Assembly: GCA_963816845.1 (NCBI GenBank)
Contig: CAWFMR010000050.1
Location: 58,993 to 122,992, forward strand
Origin: an uncultured Actinomycetes bacterium
GTDB taxonomy: Bacteria > Actinomycetota > Thermoleophilia > Solirubrobacterales > Solirubrobacteraceae
Length of the DNA stretch: 64,000 bases
Reading direction: 5' to 3'
The notes under the pieces were generated by a model. It saw nothing but the letters and a program-made list of their open reading frames with translations, was not told where the DNA came from and did not search any database. Position 1 is the stretch's first letter; every line of letters starts with the position of its first letter. Shown piece by piece: positions 56,701 to 64,000 of the stretch. The translations under genes and the position numbers were made by a program.

Positions 56701-58327
56701 GCGAGACGTTGGTGCGCACGCTGTAGCCGGGGTCGCCGGCCAGGGTGTTGCCGAAGCCCGAGTCGGCGTAGAAGCCCATCGCCAGCTCGCCGGCGCTGGT
56801 GCTGGCCGCGGTCGCGCCCGAGGAGACGGCGGACGCCGCCGACGTCTTGCCGGTCGCCGTCTTGAGCACGTCGACGACGCCCGATCCGCCCGCGCTCGAC
56901 AGGCCCGAGTACTCGAGGACGGTGGCGCCGATGTCCGCGCTGGCGGTGGTCGTGACCGTGATGGTGGGCTTGGTGCCCGAGCCGGCCGTGATCGGCGCGC
57001 TCCACACGCTGAGCTCGGTGTTGTCCGAGGCCTTGAGCGACGTCAGCTTGGTGTACGTGTTGCCGGCCGAGTCGGTCACGCCCGACGCGCTCGCGTTGCC
57101 GGCGCTCCACACGCCGGCCTCGACGATGAGGCGGTTGCCGCTGGAGATGTTGGCGGTGGGCGCAAGCGCCAGGCTGGCCGCCACGCCGCGCTTGTTGACC
57201 TGCTGGACGAAGGCCAGCGTGGTCGGGGGCGCCGTCACCGGCGTGACCGCGTTGGAGGCCGCCGACTGCGCGCTCGTGCCGACGGCGTTGGTCGCGCTGA
57301 CCTTGAAGGTGTAGGCGGTCCCGTTGGTCAGCCCCGAGATCGTGGTGCTCGTCGGGGCCGGGCTGCCGGTGACGTCCTTGGGCGTCTGCGCCGTCGAGCC
57401 GACGTACGGCGTCACCGTGTACTTCGTGATCGTGCTGCCGCCGTTGTCGGGCGCGGTCCACGACACGGTGGCCTGGCCGTCGCCCGCGGAGGCCGTCGGC
57501 GCGCTCGGCGTCGCCGGCGCGGTCGGCGGCGGCGCGGGCGCGCCGGTCTTGAAGACGACGGTCGCCGCCAGCCACGGGGTGTTCGCGCCGGTGCTGGTGG
57601 TCGGGTTCGGCGTCGCGCCCGTGCCGGTCAGGATCTGGTCCTGCGCCAGCAGCTCCATGTCGCCGGTCGGCGAGACGTTGGTGCGCACGCTGTAGGTCGC
57701 GTCACCGGCGAGGTTGTTCGAGAAGCCCGAGTCGGCGTAGAAGCCGATCGCCAGCTCGCCCGCGGCGGTCGTCGCCGGCGTCGGGCCGGCGCTCACGACG
57801 GCGGCCGCGCCCGTGGTGGCGGTCGACTGCGCGGTCTGGTCGACCGCCGCCGCGCCGGCGGCCGTCGACAGCCCGGAGTACTCGAGGACCGCGGCGCCGA
57901 TGTCGGCGCGGGCGCTGGTCGTGACGGTGACCGTCGGCTTCGTCCCACCGCCCGCCGTGATCGGAGCGGTCCACACGCTCAGCTCGGTGTTGTCCGAGGC
58001 CTTGAAGCCCTTGACCTTCGTGTACGTGTTGCCGGCGGAGTCCGTCACGCCCGACGCGCTCGGGTTCCCGGAGCCCCACACGCCGACCTGCACCACGAGC
58101 CGGTTGCCGGTGGTGATGTTGGCGGTCGGCGCGAGCGCGACGCTCGTCGCCACGGCGCGCTTGTTGACCTGCTGGACGAACTCGGGGACGCCCGGCGTCG
58201 CGGCCGGCGCGGGAAGGGCGATGGCCGCCAGGATCGCGGCGGCCAGGAGCAGCGCGGGGACCGCCCACATGAGCCTCACGTGTCGCGGTGCCCGCCCTCC
58301 GTTCGTCGTGGAAACGGCGCCGGCCAT
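53705..58327 (-). CDS. Large secreted multidomain protein. Layout: signal peptide, [unknown module A]-FN3-[A]-FN3, copper radical oxidase (glyoxal/galactose-oxidase, GlxA-like) with Ig-like E-set domain, then FN3-[A] and a tail.
   Basis: The ORF is uninterrupted. Possible starts are ATG 58327, GTG 58279 and ATG 58270 (MWAVPALLLAAAILAAIALPAPA/AT). CRO motifs: SIFCSG, RPRWYPS, RNYHSTAVLMPDGRVLVAGGG, GADTHQS. Three FN3 copies carry GQATVSW.APD.GGS.ITKYTV.PY...YTF.VSATNA.G.S. Confidence 0.8.
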   Translation of the reverse strand: MAGAVSTTNGGRAPRHVRLMWAVPALLLAAAILAAIALPAPAATPGVPEFVQQVNKRAVATSVALAPTANITTGNRLVVQVGVWGSGNPSASGVTDSAGNTYTKVKGFKASDNTELSVWTAPITAGGGTKPTVTVTTSARADIGAAVLEYSGLSTAAGAAAVDQTAQSTATTGAAAVVSAGPTPATTAAGELAIGFYADSGFSNNLAGDATYSVRTNVSPTGDMELLAQDQILTGTGATPNPTTSTGANTPWLAATVVFKTGAPAPPPTAPATPSAPTASAGDGQATVSWTAPDNGGSTITKYTVTPYVGSTAQTPKDVTGSPAPTSTTISGLTNGTAYTFKVSATNAVGTSAQSAASNAVTPVTAPPTTLAFVQQVNKRGVAASLALAPTANISSGNRLIVEAGVWSAGNASASGVTDSAGNTYTKLTSLKASDNTELSVWSAPITAGSGTKPTITVTTTASADIGATVLEYSGLSSAGGSGVVDVLKTATGKTSAASAVSSGATAASTSAGELAMGFYADSGFGNTLAGDPGYSVRTNVSPTNDMELLVQDRVLSTAGTTASPTTATGANTPWVAATIVLKTSAPAAPSPPNTPNGVTASPGNGQATVSWTAPADGGSPITKYTVTPYVGTTAQTPTVVTGNPPATTTTVTGLVNNTTYTFTVSATNANGTSAPSVASNPVTPASSPAGQWAALMNWPMVAVHSVLLKNGNLLIWDGWQNPEPTAVWNATSQTFPTTINAPGSIFCSGNVHLPDGRILTAGGDGIFTTGNLGLADTTIFDPATGTWKRVADMNRPRWYPSLTELADGRYVAISGNSTNQTTWADTPEVYDPAADTWTLLTGVSTPQVHEEEYPFSYLAPNGKVFTIGPQEDNSFFLDVDAKTWTPVGGASGVVNGSSVMYRPGKILYSGGAPSVQTSTTAKANAAVIDLNAGTPAWRTVPSMHSARIYHTLTMLADGTVLAVGGENSSDQSIVTSGVLTAEIWDPATETWTNVGAMAAARNYHSTAVLMPDGRVLVAGGGHYNGGTGPGQFSAQFYSPPYLFNGSRPTIANAPAGATYGSNFTVSTPDAASIRSVNLVSLGADTHQSDMDQHFVPLSFTANSGSLTVQAPAAAALAPPGTYMLFIVDDKGVPSVASMVGMSRTLGAPATPAKPTASAGDGQATVSWSAPDDGGSTITKYTVTPYIGSTAQTPKDVTGNPAATSTTISGLTNGTAYTFKVSATNAVGTSAQSAASDPVTPAAPVAGALAFVQQVNKRGVAASLALQPTAAVTTGNRLIVQVGVWSFGKATASGVTDSAGNTYTKLTSVKASDDTELSVWSAPITAGGGTRPTVTVTTTGSADIGASVLEYSGLSTAAGTGVVDVLKTATGTTSAAGNVSSGATAASTAAGELAMGFYADSGFGNALTGDPTYTVRTNVSPTGDMELLAQDRVLTATGTTANPTTRTGASTPWLAATLVLKSAAPPAGGATAQAQTQSVALSARTADRSSAAAAPEPITDAPVQADKLVYSFTAVAPAQSKSDPATLLFCPLNFLTIGKS
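53945..54871 (-). repeat. Intragenic direct repeat, copy 2 (FN3-3 plus module A3, about 927 nt)
   Basis: Partner of the 56579-57508 repeat. A third, more diverged module A copy (A1) lies at about 57545-58189. Confidence 0.85.
56579..57508 (-). repeat. Intragenic direct repeat, copy 1 (FN3-1 plus module A2, about 930 nt)
   Basis: Protein segments aa 255-564 and aa 1134-1442 (numbered from MWAV) are collinear and highly similar. They include a 63-nt identical DNA stretch: 57254-57316 equals 54620-54682. Confidence 0.85.
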
Positions 58328-58408
58328 ATCGGAGATCACGCCGAGCAACGTCTCGTGGCAGGTGTTTCTTGTGTCGGGATGCGTGTCGCCATGCGAAGAT
58401 CGGGCGCC

Positions 58409-58681
58409 ATGGCACGGCCCGCCGCCTCGCGCTGGACGTCGTTCGTCGCCGACGCCGACGAGGAGCGCCCGCGCATCCTCAGCGAGGCGGGCAACCCGGC
58501 CCATCGGCTGCGCGTCGAGCACAACCGCGACACGCTGCTCGTGCACCTCAGCGACGAGGACGGCAAGGGCTGGACGGTCCTCGCCGTCGATCGCGCCACC
58601 CGGCGCTGGACCGTCGCGCAGGGGCGCCGCCAGCTCGAGGCGGCGCGGGACGCGTTCGAGGGCCTCTACCCCGACGCCTGA
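58409..58681 (+). CDS. Hypothetical small protein, divergent from the large secreted-protein gene
   Basis: MARPAASRWTSFVADADEERPRILSEAGNPAHRLRVEHNRDTLLVHLSDEDGKGWTVLAVDRATRRWTVAQGRRQLEAARDAFEGLYPDA. Alternative ATGs at 58379 and 58391. No family recognised. Confidence 0.35.
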   Translation: MARPAASRWTSFVADADEERPRILSEAGNPAHRLRVEHNRDTLLVHLSDEDGKGWTVLAVDRATRRWTVAQGRRQLEAARDAFEGLYPDA

Positions 58682-58690
58682 GCGCGGCCG

Positions 58691-59494
58691 TCAGTCGGCC
58701 GTGAAGCCGAGGATGAGCTGAGCGGCCTCGAGCGGGACGTCGAGCTGCGGGGAATGACCGACGCCGTCGAGCTCGACCCAGTCGGCGTGCGCAAGCCACT
58801 CGTGACGAAAGCGCGCGGCGGCCGACGGCCATGGCAGCAGCCGGTCGCCGGTGCCCCACACGATGCGCACCGGGCAGGCGATGGCCTGCGCGTCGAGCTC
58901 GCCGTAGCCCTCGCGCAGGCCGTGCTCGATCAGGGCGGGCGCGCCGGCGGCGCTCGCGACCGCGAGCATCTGGTGGGCGATGAGCTCGGGCGGGATGTGC
59001 TCGCAGCTCGAGACGACGAGCTGCGTCGCCCGGCGCCGGCCCTCGGCCGTGGCGACGATCGCCTCCGCGTGCGGTGCCGTCGCCCTGGCCTGCTCGTGCA
59101 GTCGCGCCTGCAACCCCAGCACCTCGGGCAGCAGGGTGTCGCCGGCCGCCCAGCCGCCGGCCGGCGCGAAGGCCACCACGGTCCGCGCGCGTCCGCGCGC
59201 GGCGAGCTGCAGCGCGACGAAGCCGCCGAGCGAGCTGCCGACGACGTGGGCGGTGTCGAACCCCGCTTCGTCCATGGCGCGCTCGACGGCGTCCGCCATC
59301 AGGTGTCCGGTCGGCGCGCCTTCCAGCGCAGGCCCGCCCGCGTGCCCGGGGAGGGTCGGGGCGAGCACGTCGTGGCGGCGCTCGAGCGCGGGCAGCACGA
59401 GCTCCCACGTCCGCCACGTCTCCATGAAGCCGTGCAGGCAGACCAGCGGCGAGCCGGCGCCGCCGCGGTGCGATGGAGTGAAGGCGCGGTACAC
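58691..59494 (-). CDS. Alpha/beta-hydrolase fold protein
   Basis: PLVCLHGFMETWRTW.., nucleophile elbow GSSLGG, and ..VELDGVGHSPQLD. GTG at 59494, 4 nt downstream of the sigma-factor stop. Confidence 0.75.
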   Translation of the reverse strand: MYRAFTPSHRGGAGSPLVCLHGFMETWRTWELVLPALERRHDVLAPTLPGHAGGPALEGAPTGHLMADAVERAMDEAGFDTAHVVGSSLGGFVALQLAARGRARTVVAFAPAGGWAAGDTLLPEVLGLQARLHEQARATAPHAEAIVATAEGRRRATQLVVSSCEHIPPELIAHQMLAVASAAGAPALIEHGLREGYGELDAQAIACPVRIVWGTGDRLLPWPSAAARFRHEWLAHADWVELDGVGHSPQLDVPLEAAQLILGFTAD

Positions 59495-59498
59495 CGGC

Positions 59499-60677
59499 CT
59501 AGGCCGCGCCGAGCTCGTCCAGCCGGCGCTCGAGGAGCCGCCGCTCCGCCTCGTCGTCGGCGAGCGCGAGCGCCCGACCGAAGGCGTCGCGCGCCTCCGC
59601 GGTGCGTCCGAGGCGTCGCAGCAGCTCGCCGCGCGTCGAGTGCAGGTAGCGGTAGTCGTCGAGGTCGAGGCCGTCGACGATCTCGAGGCCCGCCTCGGGA
59701 CCGTCGGCCTCGGCGACGGCGACGGCCCGGCTGAGCTCGACGACCGGCGAGTCGGTGAGGCGGGCGAGCTCGCCGTAGAGCGCGGCGATCTGGGGCATGT
59801 CGCGAGGCTCGTCGAGGTGCAGGGACGCGATCGCGGCCTGCAGGACGTACGCGCCACGCCCGCGCAGCGCGAGGGCGCGGTCGAGCTGCGCGCGCCCGGC
59901 GGCGATCTGCGCAGCGTCCCACAGCGAGCGGTCCTGGTCGGCGAGCAGGACGAGGTCGCCGTCGCGAAAGCGCGCGGCGCGGCGGGCGTCGTGCATCAGC
60001 ATCATCGCCAGCAGGCCGTGGACCTCGGGCTCGTCGGGCATCAGCTCGGCCAGCGCCCGGCCGAGCCGCAGGGCCTCGGCCGCCAGGTCGTTGCGTCCCG
60101 CATATCCCTCGTTGAAGATCAGGTAGACGACGGCCAGCACGGCGGCGAGCCGATCCGGGAGCAGGTGATCGGGCGGCACGCGGAACGGGATCCCGGCGGC
60201 CTTGATCTTGCGCTTGGCGCGCACGAGGCGCTGGGCCATCGTCGGCTCGGCGACCAGGAAGGCGCGCGCGATCTCGGGCGTGGTCAGGCCGCCGAGCGTG
60301 CGCAGCGTCAGCGCCACCTGGGCCTCGGTGTCGAGCGCCGGATGGCAGCAGGTGAAGACGAGCTCGAGGCGCTCGTCGGGGAAGGTGGTCTCCTCGTCCA
60401 TGATGTCCTCCACCGCCTCCGGCACCTCGAGCAGGCGGGTCTTCTCGGCCAGCGTGCGGTCGCGGCGGATGCGGTCGATGGCCCGGTTGCGCGCCGTCGT
60501 CACCAGCCACGTGCCGGGATGGGTCGGGGCGCCGTCGCGCGGCCAGCGCTCCGCCGCGATCGCGAACGCCTCCTGCGTGGCTTCCTCGGCGAGGTCGAAG
60601 TCGCCGAGGAAGCCGATGAGCGCGGCGAGGACGCGTCCCCGCTGCTCGCGGAACGCCTGGTCGAGGATGGCGTCCAC
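59499..60677 (-). CDS. ECF-type sigma-70 family factor with a long (about 220-aa) helical/TPR-like C-terminal extension
   Basis: Region 2: [53 protein letters not shown]. Region 4: [34 protein letters not shown]. Extension: ..[11 protein letters not shown]... to the end. The GTG shares one base with the YCII stop (60677). Confidence 0.75.
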   Translation of the reverse strand: MDAILDQAFREQRGRVLAALIGFLGDFDLAEEATQEAFAIAAERWPRDGAPTHPGTWLVTTARNRAIDRIRRDRTLAEKTRLLEVPEAVEDIMDEETTFPDERLELVFTCCHPALDTEAQVALTLRTLGGLTTPEIARAFLVAEPTMAQRLVRAKRKIKAAGIPFRVPPDHLLPDRLAAVLAVVYLIFNEGYAGRNDLAAEALRLGRALAELMPDEPEVHGLLAMMLMHDARRAARFRDGDLVLLADQDRSLWDAAQIAAGRAQLDRALALRGRGAYVLQAAIASLHLDEPRDMPQIAALYGELARLTDSPVVELSRAVAVAEADGPEAGLEIVDGLDLDDYRYLHSTRGELLRRLGRTAEARDAFGRALALADDEAERRLLERRLDELGAA

Positions 60678-61027
60678 TAGACCAGCGGGCGCACCTCGAC
60701 GGCGCCGCCCATGCTGGCGGCGGGGATCTTCGTGGCCAGCTCGATCGCGGCATCGAGGTCGTCGGCGTCGAGGAAGCAGTAGCCCCCGATGGCCTCCTTG
60801 ATGTCGACGAACGGCCCGTCCGTCGTCAGCGTCCTGCCGTCCTGAACCCGCACGGTGGTCGCCGTCTCGGGCGACGCCATCTGCACGCCCGGCGTCATCC
60901 CGGGCGTCTCGTTGACGGCCTGGTAGCCCGCGTAGACCGCGCCCTTCTGCTCGTCGGAGAGGGCCTCCCACTCCGGCGTGCCCGGGAGCGGAGTGGTGCC
61001 CTGGTGGATCAGCAGCATGTACTTCAT
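60677..61027 (-). CDS. YCII-related (DGPF-motif) domain protein
   Basis: [10 protein letters not shown]...[31 protein letters not shown].. 116 aa. Confidence 0.75.
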   Translation of the reverse strand: MKYMLLIHQGTTPLPGTPEWEALSDEQKGAVYAGYQAVNETPGMTPGVQMASPETATTVRVQDGRTLTTDGPFVDIKEAIGGYCFLDADDLDAAIELATKIPAASMGGAVEVRPLV

Positions 61028-61165
61028 CGCGTCCTCCTTGTGGGATGGTGACCCCTAAGACGAACGGGATGCGGGGAAATCGACAGGGGCATCATGCCTC
61101 CCTGCGGGCGCCGCCGTCAGGTCCTCCGTGACGACCTTCGCGCGCCGCCACTCGGCTGTCGGCGG

Positions 61166-62120
61166 TCAGGGCACGAAGACGACGCGTCGGCCGGCGGCCG
61201 TGGGGGCGTTCCACGCGGCTTCGACCTCGCTCAGGGGGACGGGGCGCGGCGTTGACCGTGAGCGTGCCGGCGGTGATCTCGGCCGCGAGGGCGGGGAGCT
61301 GGGCGACGATCGCGGCGGTGGTGACGGAGCCCTGGCCGCTGCCCATGATGCGCAGGTTCGCGGCGCGCAGCGCCGCCGACGGGAGGGCGATGTCCGGACC
61401 GGCGACGGAGCCGACCTGGATCCAATCGAGCGGGCGGCTGCGGTCGTGGCGGCGGGTGACGAGGGCGCGGATGGCATGCTCGGCGGGCGTGCCCCACAGG
61501 TAGTCGATGACGATGTCGACGTCGGCGGCGGCCTCGCCGAGCGCGTCGTAGGCATCCTCGCGGGCCAACGACAGGGTGAGGTCGGCACCGAGGTCGCCGA
61601 GCGCGGCGAGCCGTTCGGCGTCGCGCCCGGCACCGATCACCTGGCCCGCGCCGAGGTGCTTGGCGATCTCGACGGCCATCCGGCCGGCGTTGCCGGTCGC
61701 GCCGAGGACGAGCACGCGCTGCCCGGGTTGGATCGCGATCCGTGAGCGCAGCGCGATCCACGAGGACATCGCCGGGTTCATCGCGGCGGCGGCCGCCACC
61801 ACGTCGCAGTCGGCCGGGAGGGCGACGCTGCGGCGTCGGTCCACCACGGTCCGCTCGGCCATCGCTCCGAGGGTGGTGTCGGGGAGGACGAAGTACACGA
61901 GGTCGCCCTCGGGCGTGCGGCCGACGCCGTCGATGCCCGGGATCAGCGGCAGCTCGTCGCCGCTGGTGTAGTGCGAGCCGGCGGCGCTGGAGCGCACCCG
62001 CGGGTGCAGGCCGGCCGCGAGGACGCCGACGACGGTCTCGTGCGCGCCGCCCGCGTGGGGCTCGTCGACGGTCTCATAGCGGGGTGGGCGATCGAAGCAA
62101 CGGACGACGGCGGCGTGCAT
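61166..62120 (-). pseudogene. Medium-chain dehydrogenase/reductase (quinone-oxidoreductase-like). One +1 frame break at about 61241-61255 as assembled.
   Basis: ATG at 62120, 8 nt after AAGGAGAG. MHAAVVRCFDRPPRYETV...VLVLGATGNAGRMAVEIAKHLGA...TLTVNA continues in the next frame as RPVPLSEVEAAWNAPTAAGRRVVFVP with its stop at 61166-68. Length mod 3 = 1. Confidence 0.7.
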
Positions 62121-62137
62121 CGGATGACTCTCCTTGG

Positions 62138-62176
62138 TTCGTGTCACGAACTATATTAGTACGCGCCACGAACTAT
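62138..62176. promoter_or_regulatory. Candidate MarR operator region: palindrome TTCGTG-T-CACGAA (62138-62150) plus direct repeat CACGAACTAT x2 (62145-54 and 62167-76)
   Basis: Read from the sequence. It lies in the AT-richer 66-nt MDR/MarR divergent spacer. Confidence 0.4.
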
Positions 62177-62186
62177 CTCGAGTACG

Positions 62187-62657
62187 ATGCCGGCCATGAG
62201 CGCAAGCGCCGAGGAACTCGACCCGGTCGACGCGGTCGTCCAGCTGTCGTTCGCCGTTCAGGCGCTGCTGGGGGAGATCGCCGCCGAGCACGAGCTGTCG
62301 ATCACGCAGCTTCGGCTGCTCGGCATCCTGCGCGACCGCGAGCCCGCGATGCTCGACCTCGCCCGCCACCTGAAGCTGGAGAAGTCGAGCGTGACCGGCC
62401 TCATCGACCGCGCCCAGCGGCGCGGACTGGTCGAGCGCAGCACAGCCGCGCACGACGGTCGCGCGGTCCACGTCCGGCTGACCGCCGCGGGCCGGCACCT
62501 CACCGAGCAGATCGCTGCGCAGGCGAACGAGACGCTGGCCGGACTCCTCGACGTGCTGCCCGCACGCGACCGCGCGCGGCTCGCGACGCTCGCCGGAACC
62601 GTCGTGCGCCAGCACGCCGCGAGAAGCGGCGTCGACCTCGACACCCAGCGCCGCTAG
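62187..62657 (+). CDS. MarR-family transcriptional regulator
   Basis: LSITQLRLLGILRDREPAMLDLARHLKLEKSSVTGLIDRAQRRGLVERSTAAHDGRAVHVRLTAAGR is a winged-helix MarR pattern. Confidence 0.85.
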   Translation: MPAMSASAEELDPVDAVVQLSFAVQALLGEIAAEHELSITQLRLLGILRDREPAMLDLARHLKLEKSSVTGLIDRAQRRGLVERSTAAHDGRAVHVRLTAAGRHLTEQIAAQANETLAGLLDVLPARDRARLATLAGTVVRQHAARSGVDLDTQRR

Positions 62658-64000
62658 TACGCCTGCGCCCACACCGCCGAGTGCGCGGCGGCCCGGCCAC
62701 AGCAGATGCACGTGTTCGATCGTTGCGGCTGTTGCACCAGCGGCAGGCAGCGGATCGTCGCTGAGCTCTCGTCCTTGACGCGCGCCTCGCATTCCCCGCT
62801 GCCGCACCACGACGCGGAGGCGAACCCGCGCGCCTCGCGCAGGTACTCGATCATCTCGGGATAGCTGTCGAGGTTGCTGAGGGTCCGGCGCTCCCGATCG
62901 TGGAGGGCGGCACGGAACAGCGACGTCTGGATGGCGCCCAGGAGCTCCTGGATCTCGGTGGCGACGCTGGCGAGCGGGATCTGCTGCTTCTTCCCCGTAT
63001 CGCGGCGAGCGACGGTGGCCGCCCCGGCGGCGAGATCGCGGCCACCGAGCTCGATCCGTACGGGGGCGCCCTTCAGCTCCCACTCGTTGAACTTGAAGCC
63101 CGGCCGGTACTCGGCGCGATCGTCGAGCCGGACACGCACACCGGCGGCTCTCAGCTCGTCGCGGATCGCTGCCGCCGCCCGAAGGACGTCGGCCTGCTCG
63201 CTCTCGCGATAGATCGGAACGATCACGACCTGCTGCGGGGCGACCAGCGGCGGCAGACGCAGCCCGCCGTCGTCGCCGTGCGCCATCACGACCGCGCCGA
63301 CGAGCCGCGTGGTCGCTCCCCAGGAGGTGGCGTAGGGATGGTGCTCGGCCCCGTCCCGGCCGGTGAAGCGAACGTCGAAGGTGCGGGCGAAACCCTGGCC
63401 GAGGTAGTGCGAGGTGGCGGCCTGGAGCGCCTTGCCATCGCGCATCAGCGCCTCCAGCGTGTAGGTCTCGACGGCGCCCGGGAACCGCTCGCTCTCGCTC
63501 TTGCGCCCGCGGAGCACCGGGATGGCGAGGACGTTCTCGATGGTGTCGGCGTAGACGTCGTGGAGGATCGTCAGCGTCTCGGCGAGCGCCTCGGCCTCGG
63601 TCTCGTGCGCGGTGTGGCCTTCCTGCCACAGGAACTCGCTCGTGCGCAGGAACAGGCGGGGCCTGAGCTCCCAGCGGACCGAGTTGGCCCACTGGTTGTA
63701 GAGCAGCGGCAGGTCGCGGTAGGACTGCACCCAACGGGCGTACGTCGACCAGATCAGCGCCTCCGAGGTCGGACGCACCGCCAGCGGCTCTTCGAGGCGC
63801 TTGCCGCCCGCCTCGGACACGACCGCGACCTCGGGCGCGAAGCCCTTGACGAGCTCGCCCTCCTGGGCGAGCACCGACGCGGGCACGAACAGCGGGAAGT
63901 AGAGGTTCTCATGGCCCGTCGCCTTGATCCGATCGTCGAGCGCGCGCTGGATCGCCTCCCAGATCGCGTATCCATACGGCTTGATCACCATGGCGCCGCG
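62654..64000 (-). CDS. proS: Prolyl-tRNA synthetase (archaeal/eukaryote-like class IIa type). The 5' end lies outside the window.
   Basis: ..MVIKPYGYAIWEAIQ...AVRPTSEA...FLRTSEFLWQEGHTAH...SHYLGQGF...TSWG...VVIVPI.. with a C-terminal Cys-rich domain ending ..VWAQAY. The frame stays open to 64000 (..RGA before MVIKP). Confidence 0.85.
   Translation of the reverse strand, partial: RGAMVIKPYGYAIWEAIQRALDDRIKATGHENLYFPLFVPASVLAQEGELVKGFAPEVAVVSEAGGKRLEEPLAVRPTSEALIWSTYARWVQSYRDLPLLYNQWANSVRWELRPRLFLRTSEFLWQEGHTAHETEAEALAETLTILHDVYADTIENVLAIPVLRGRKSESERFPGAVETYTLEALMRDGKALQAATSHYLGQGFARTFDVRFTGRDGAEHHPYATSWGATTRLVGAVVMAHGDDGGLRLPPLVAPQQVVIVPIYRESEQADVLRAAAAIRDELRAAGVRVRLDDRAEYRPGFKFNEWELKGAPVRIELGGRDLAAGAATVARRDTGKKQQIPLASVATEIQELLGAIQTSLFRAALHDRERRTLSNLDSYPEMIEYLREARGFASASWCGSGECEARVKDESSATIRCLPLVQQPQRSNTCICCGRAAAHSAVWAQAY

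Noticed and set aside
53243-58681. An 1,812-aa ORF on the + strand, the longest in the track
   Set aside because: It runs antisense to the large secreted-protein gene. Its translation is Arg/Gly/Asp/Ala low-complexity with no motifs. The minus-strand frame has clear domains. Long stop-free antisense frames are expected at this GC content. Only its last 90 codons or so (58409-58681) may be a real small gene.

Overview
The window is very high-GC (roughly 70% or more by eye) and looks like an actinobacterial-type chromosome. The gene content is reminiscent of Thermoleophilia/Conexibacter-like lineages, but that is only a guess. I support about 70 protein-coding genes. I found no rRNA, tRNA, CRISPR array, transposase, integrase or phage genes.

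Main gene blocks:
- (1) 0.5-7.3 kb: inositol-phospholipid cluster. It contains a PAP2_3 membrane protein, a PIP-synthase-type CDP-alcohol phosphatidyltransferase and myo-inositol-1-phosphate synthase. A PaaK-like ligase and a crotonase follow, then a PimA-like GT4 glycosyltransferase fused to a PHP phosphoesterase.
- (2) 19.4-22.9 kb: thiamine genes thiO-thiS-thiG behind a TPP riboswitch, with thiE divergent.
- (3) 23.5-46 kb: a lipoate-enzyme supercluster. It holds lpd, an E1a/E1b/E2 operon interrupted by a PAS-GGDEF-EAL gene, a second E1a/E1b/E2 operon, lipB and lipA.
- (4) 50.6-53.7 kb: a GntR regulator plus two overlapping acyl-CoA dehydrogenase genes.
- (5) 53.7-58.3 kb: a ~1,520-1,540-aa secreted protein. 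A GlxA/galactose-oxidase-type copper radical oxidase is embedded between FN3 domains and three copies of an unassigned ~215-aa module.
- (6) 58.7-64 kb: a YCII / long ECF-type sigma / hydrolase operon, a MarR-MDR pair, and a truncated proS.

The dominant anomaly is about 30 reading-frame breaks in 15 otherwise recognisable genes. Every break is consistent with a single extra base, and the breaks are strongly clustered. This looks like insertion-type consensus error rather than biology, but it needs checking.

The candidates I consider most worth follow-up are:
- the multi-module copper radical oxidase;
- the GT4-PHP fusion in the inositol-lipid cluster, as a possible PIP phosphatase;
- the c-di-GMP gene inside the 2-oxoacid dehydrogenase operon;
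- a 210-nt element closed by an 18/19-nt inverted repeat between convergent genes.

All calls come from reading translations and motifs by eye. No searches were run.
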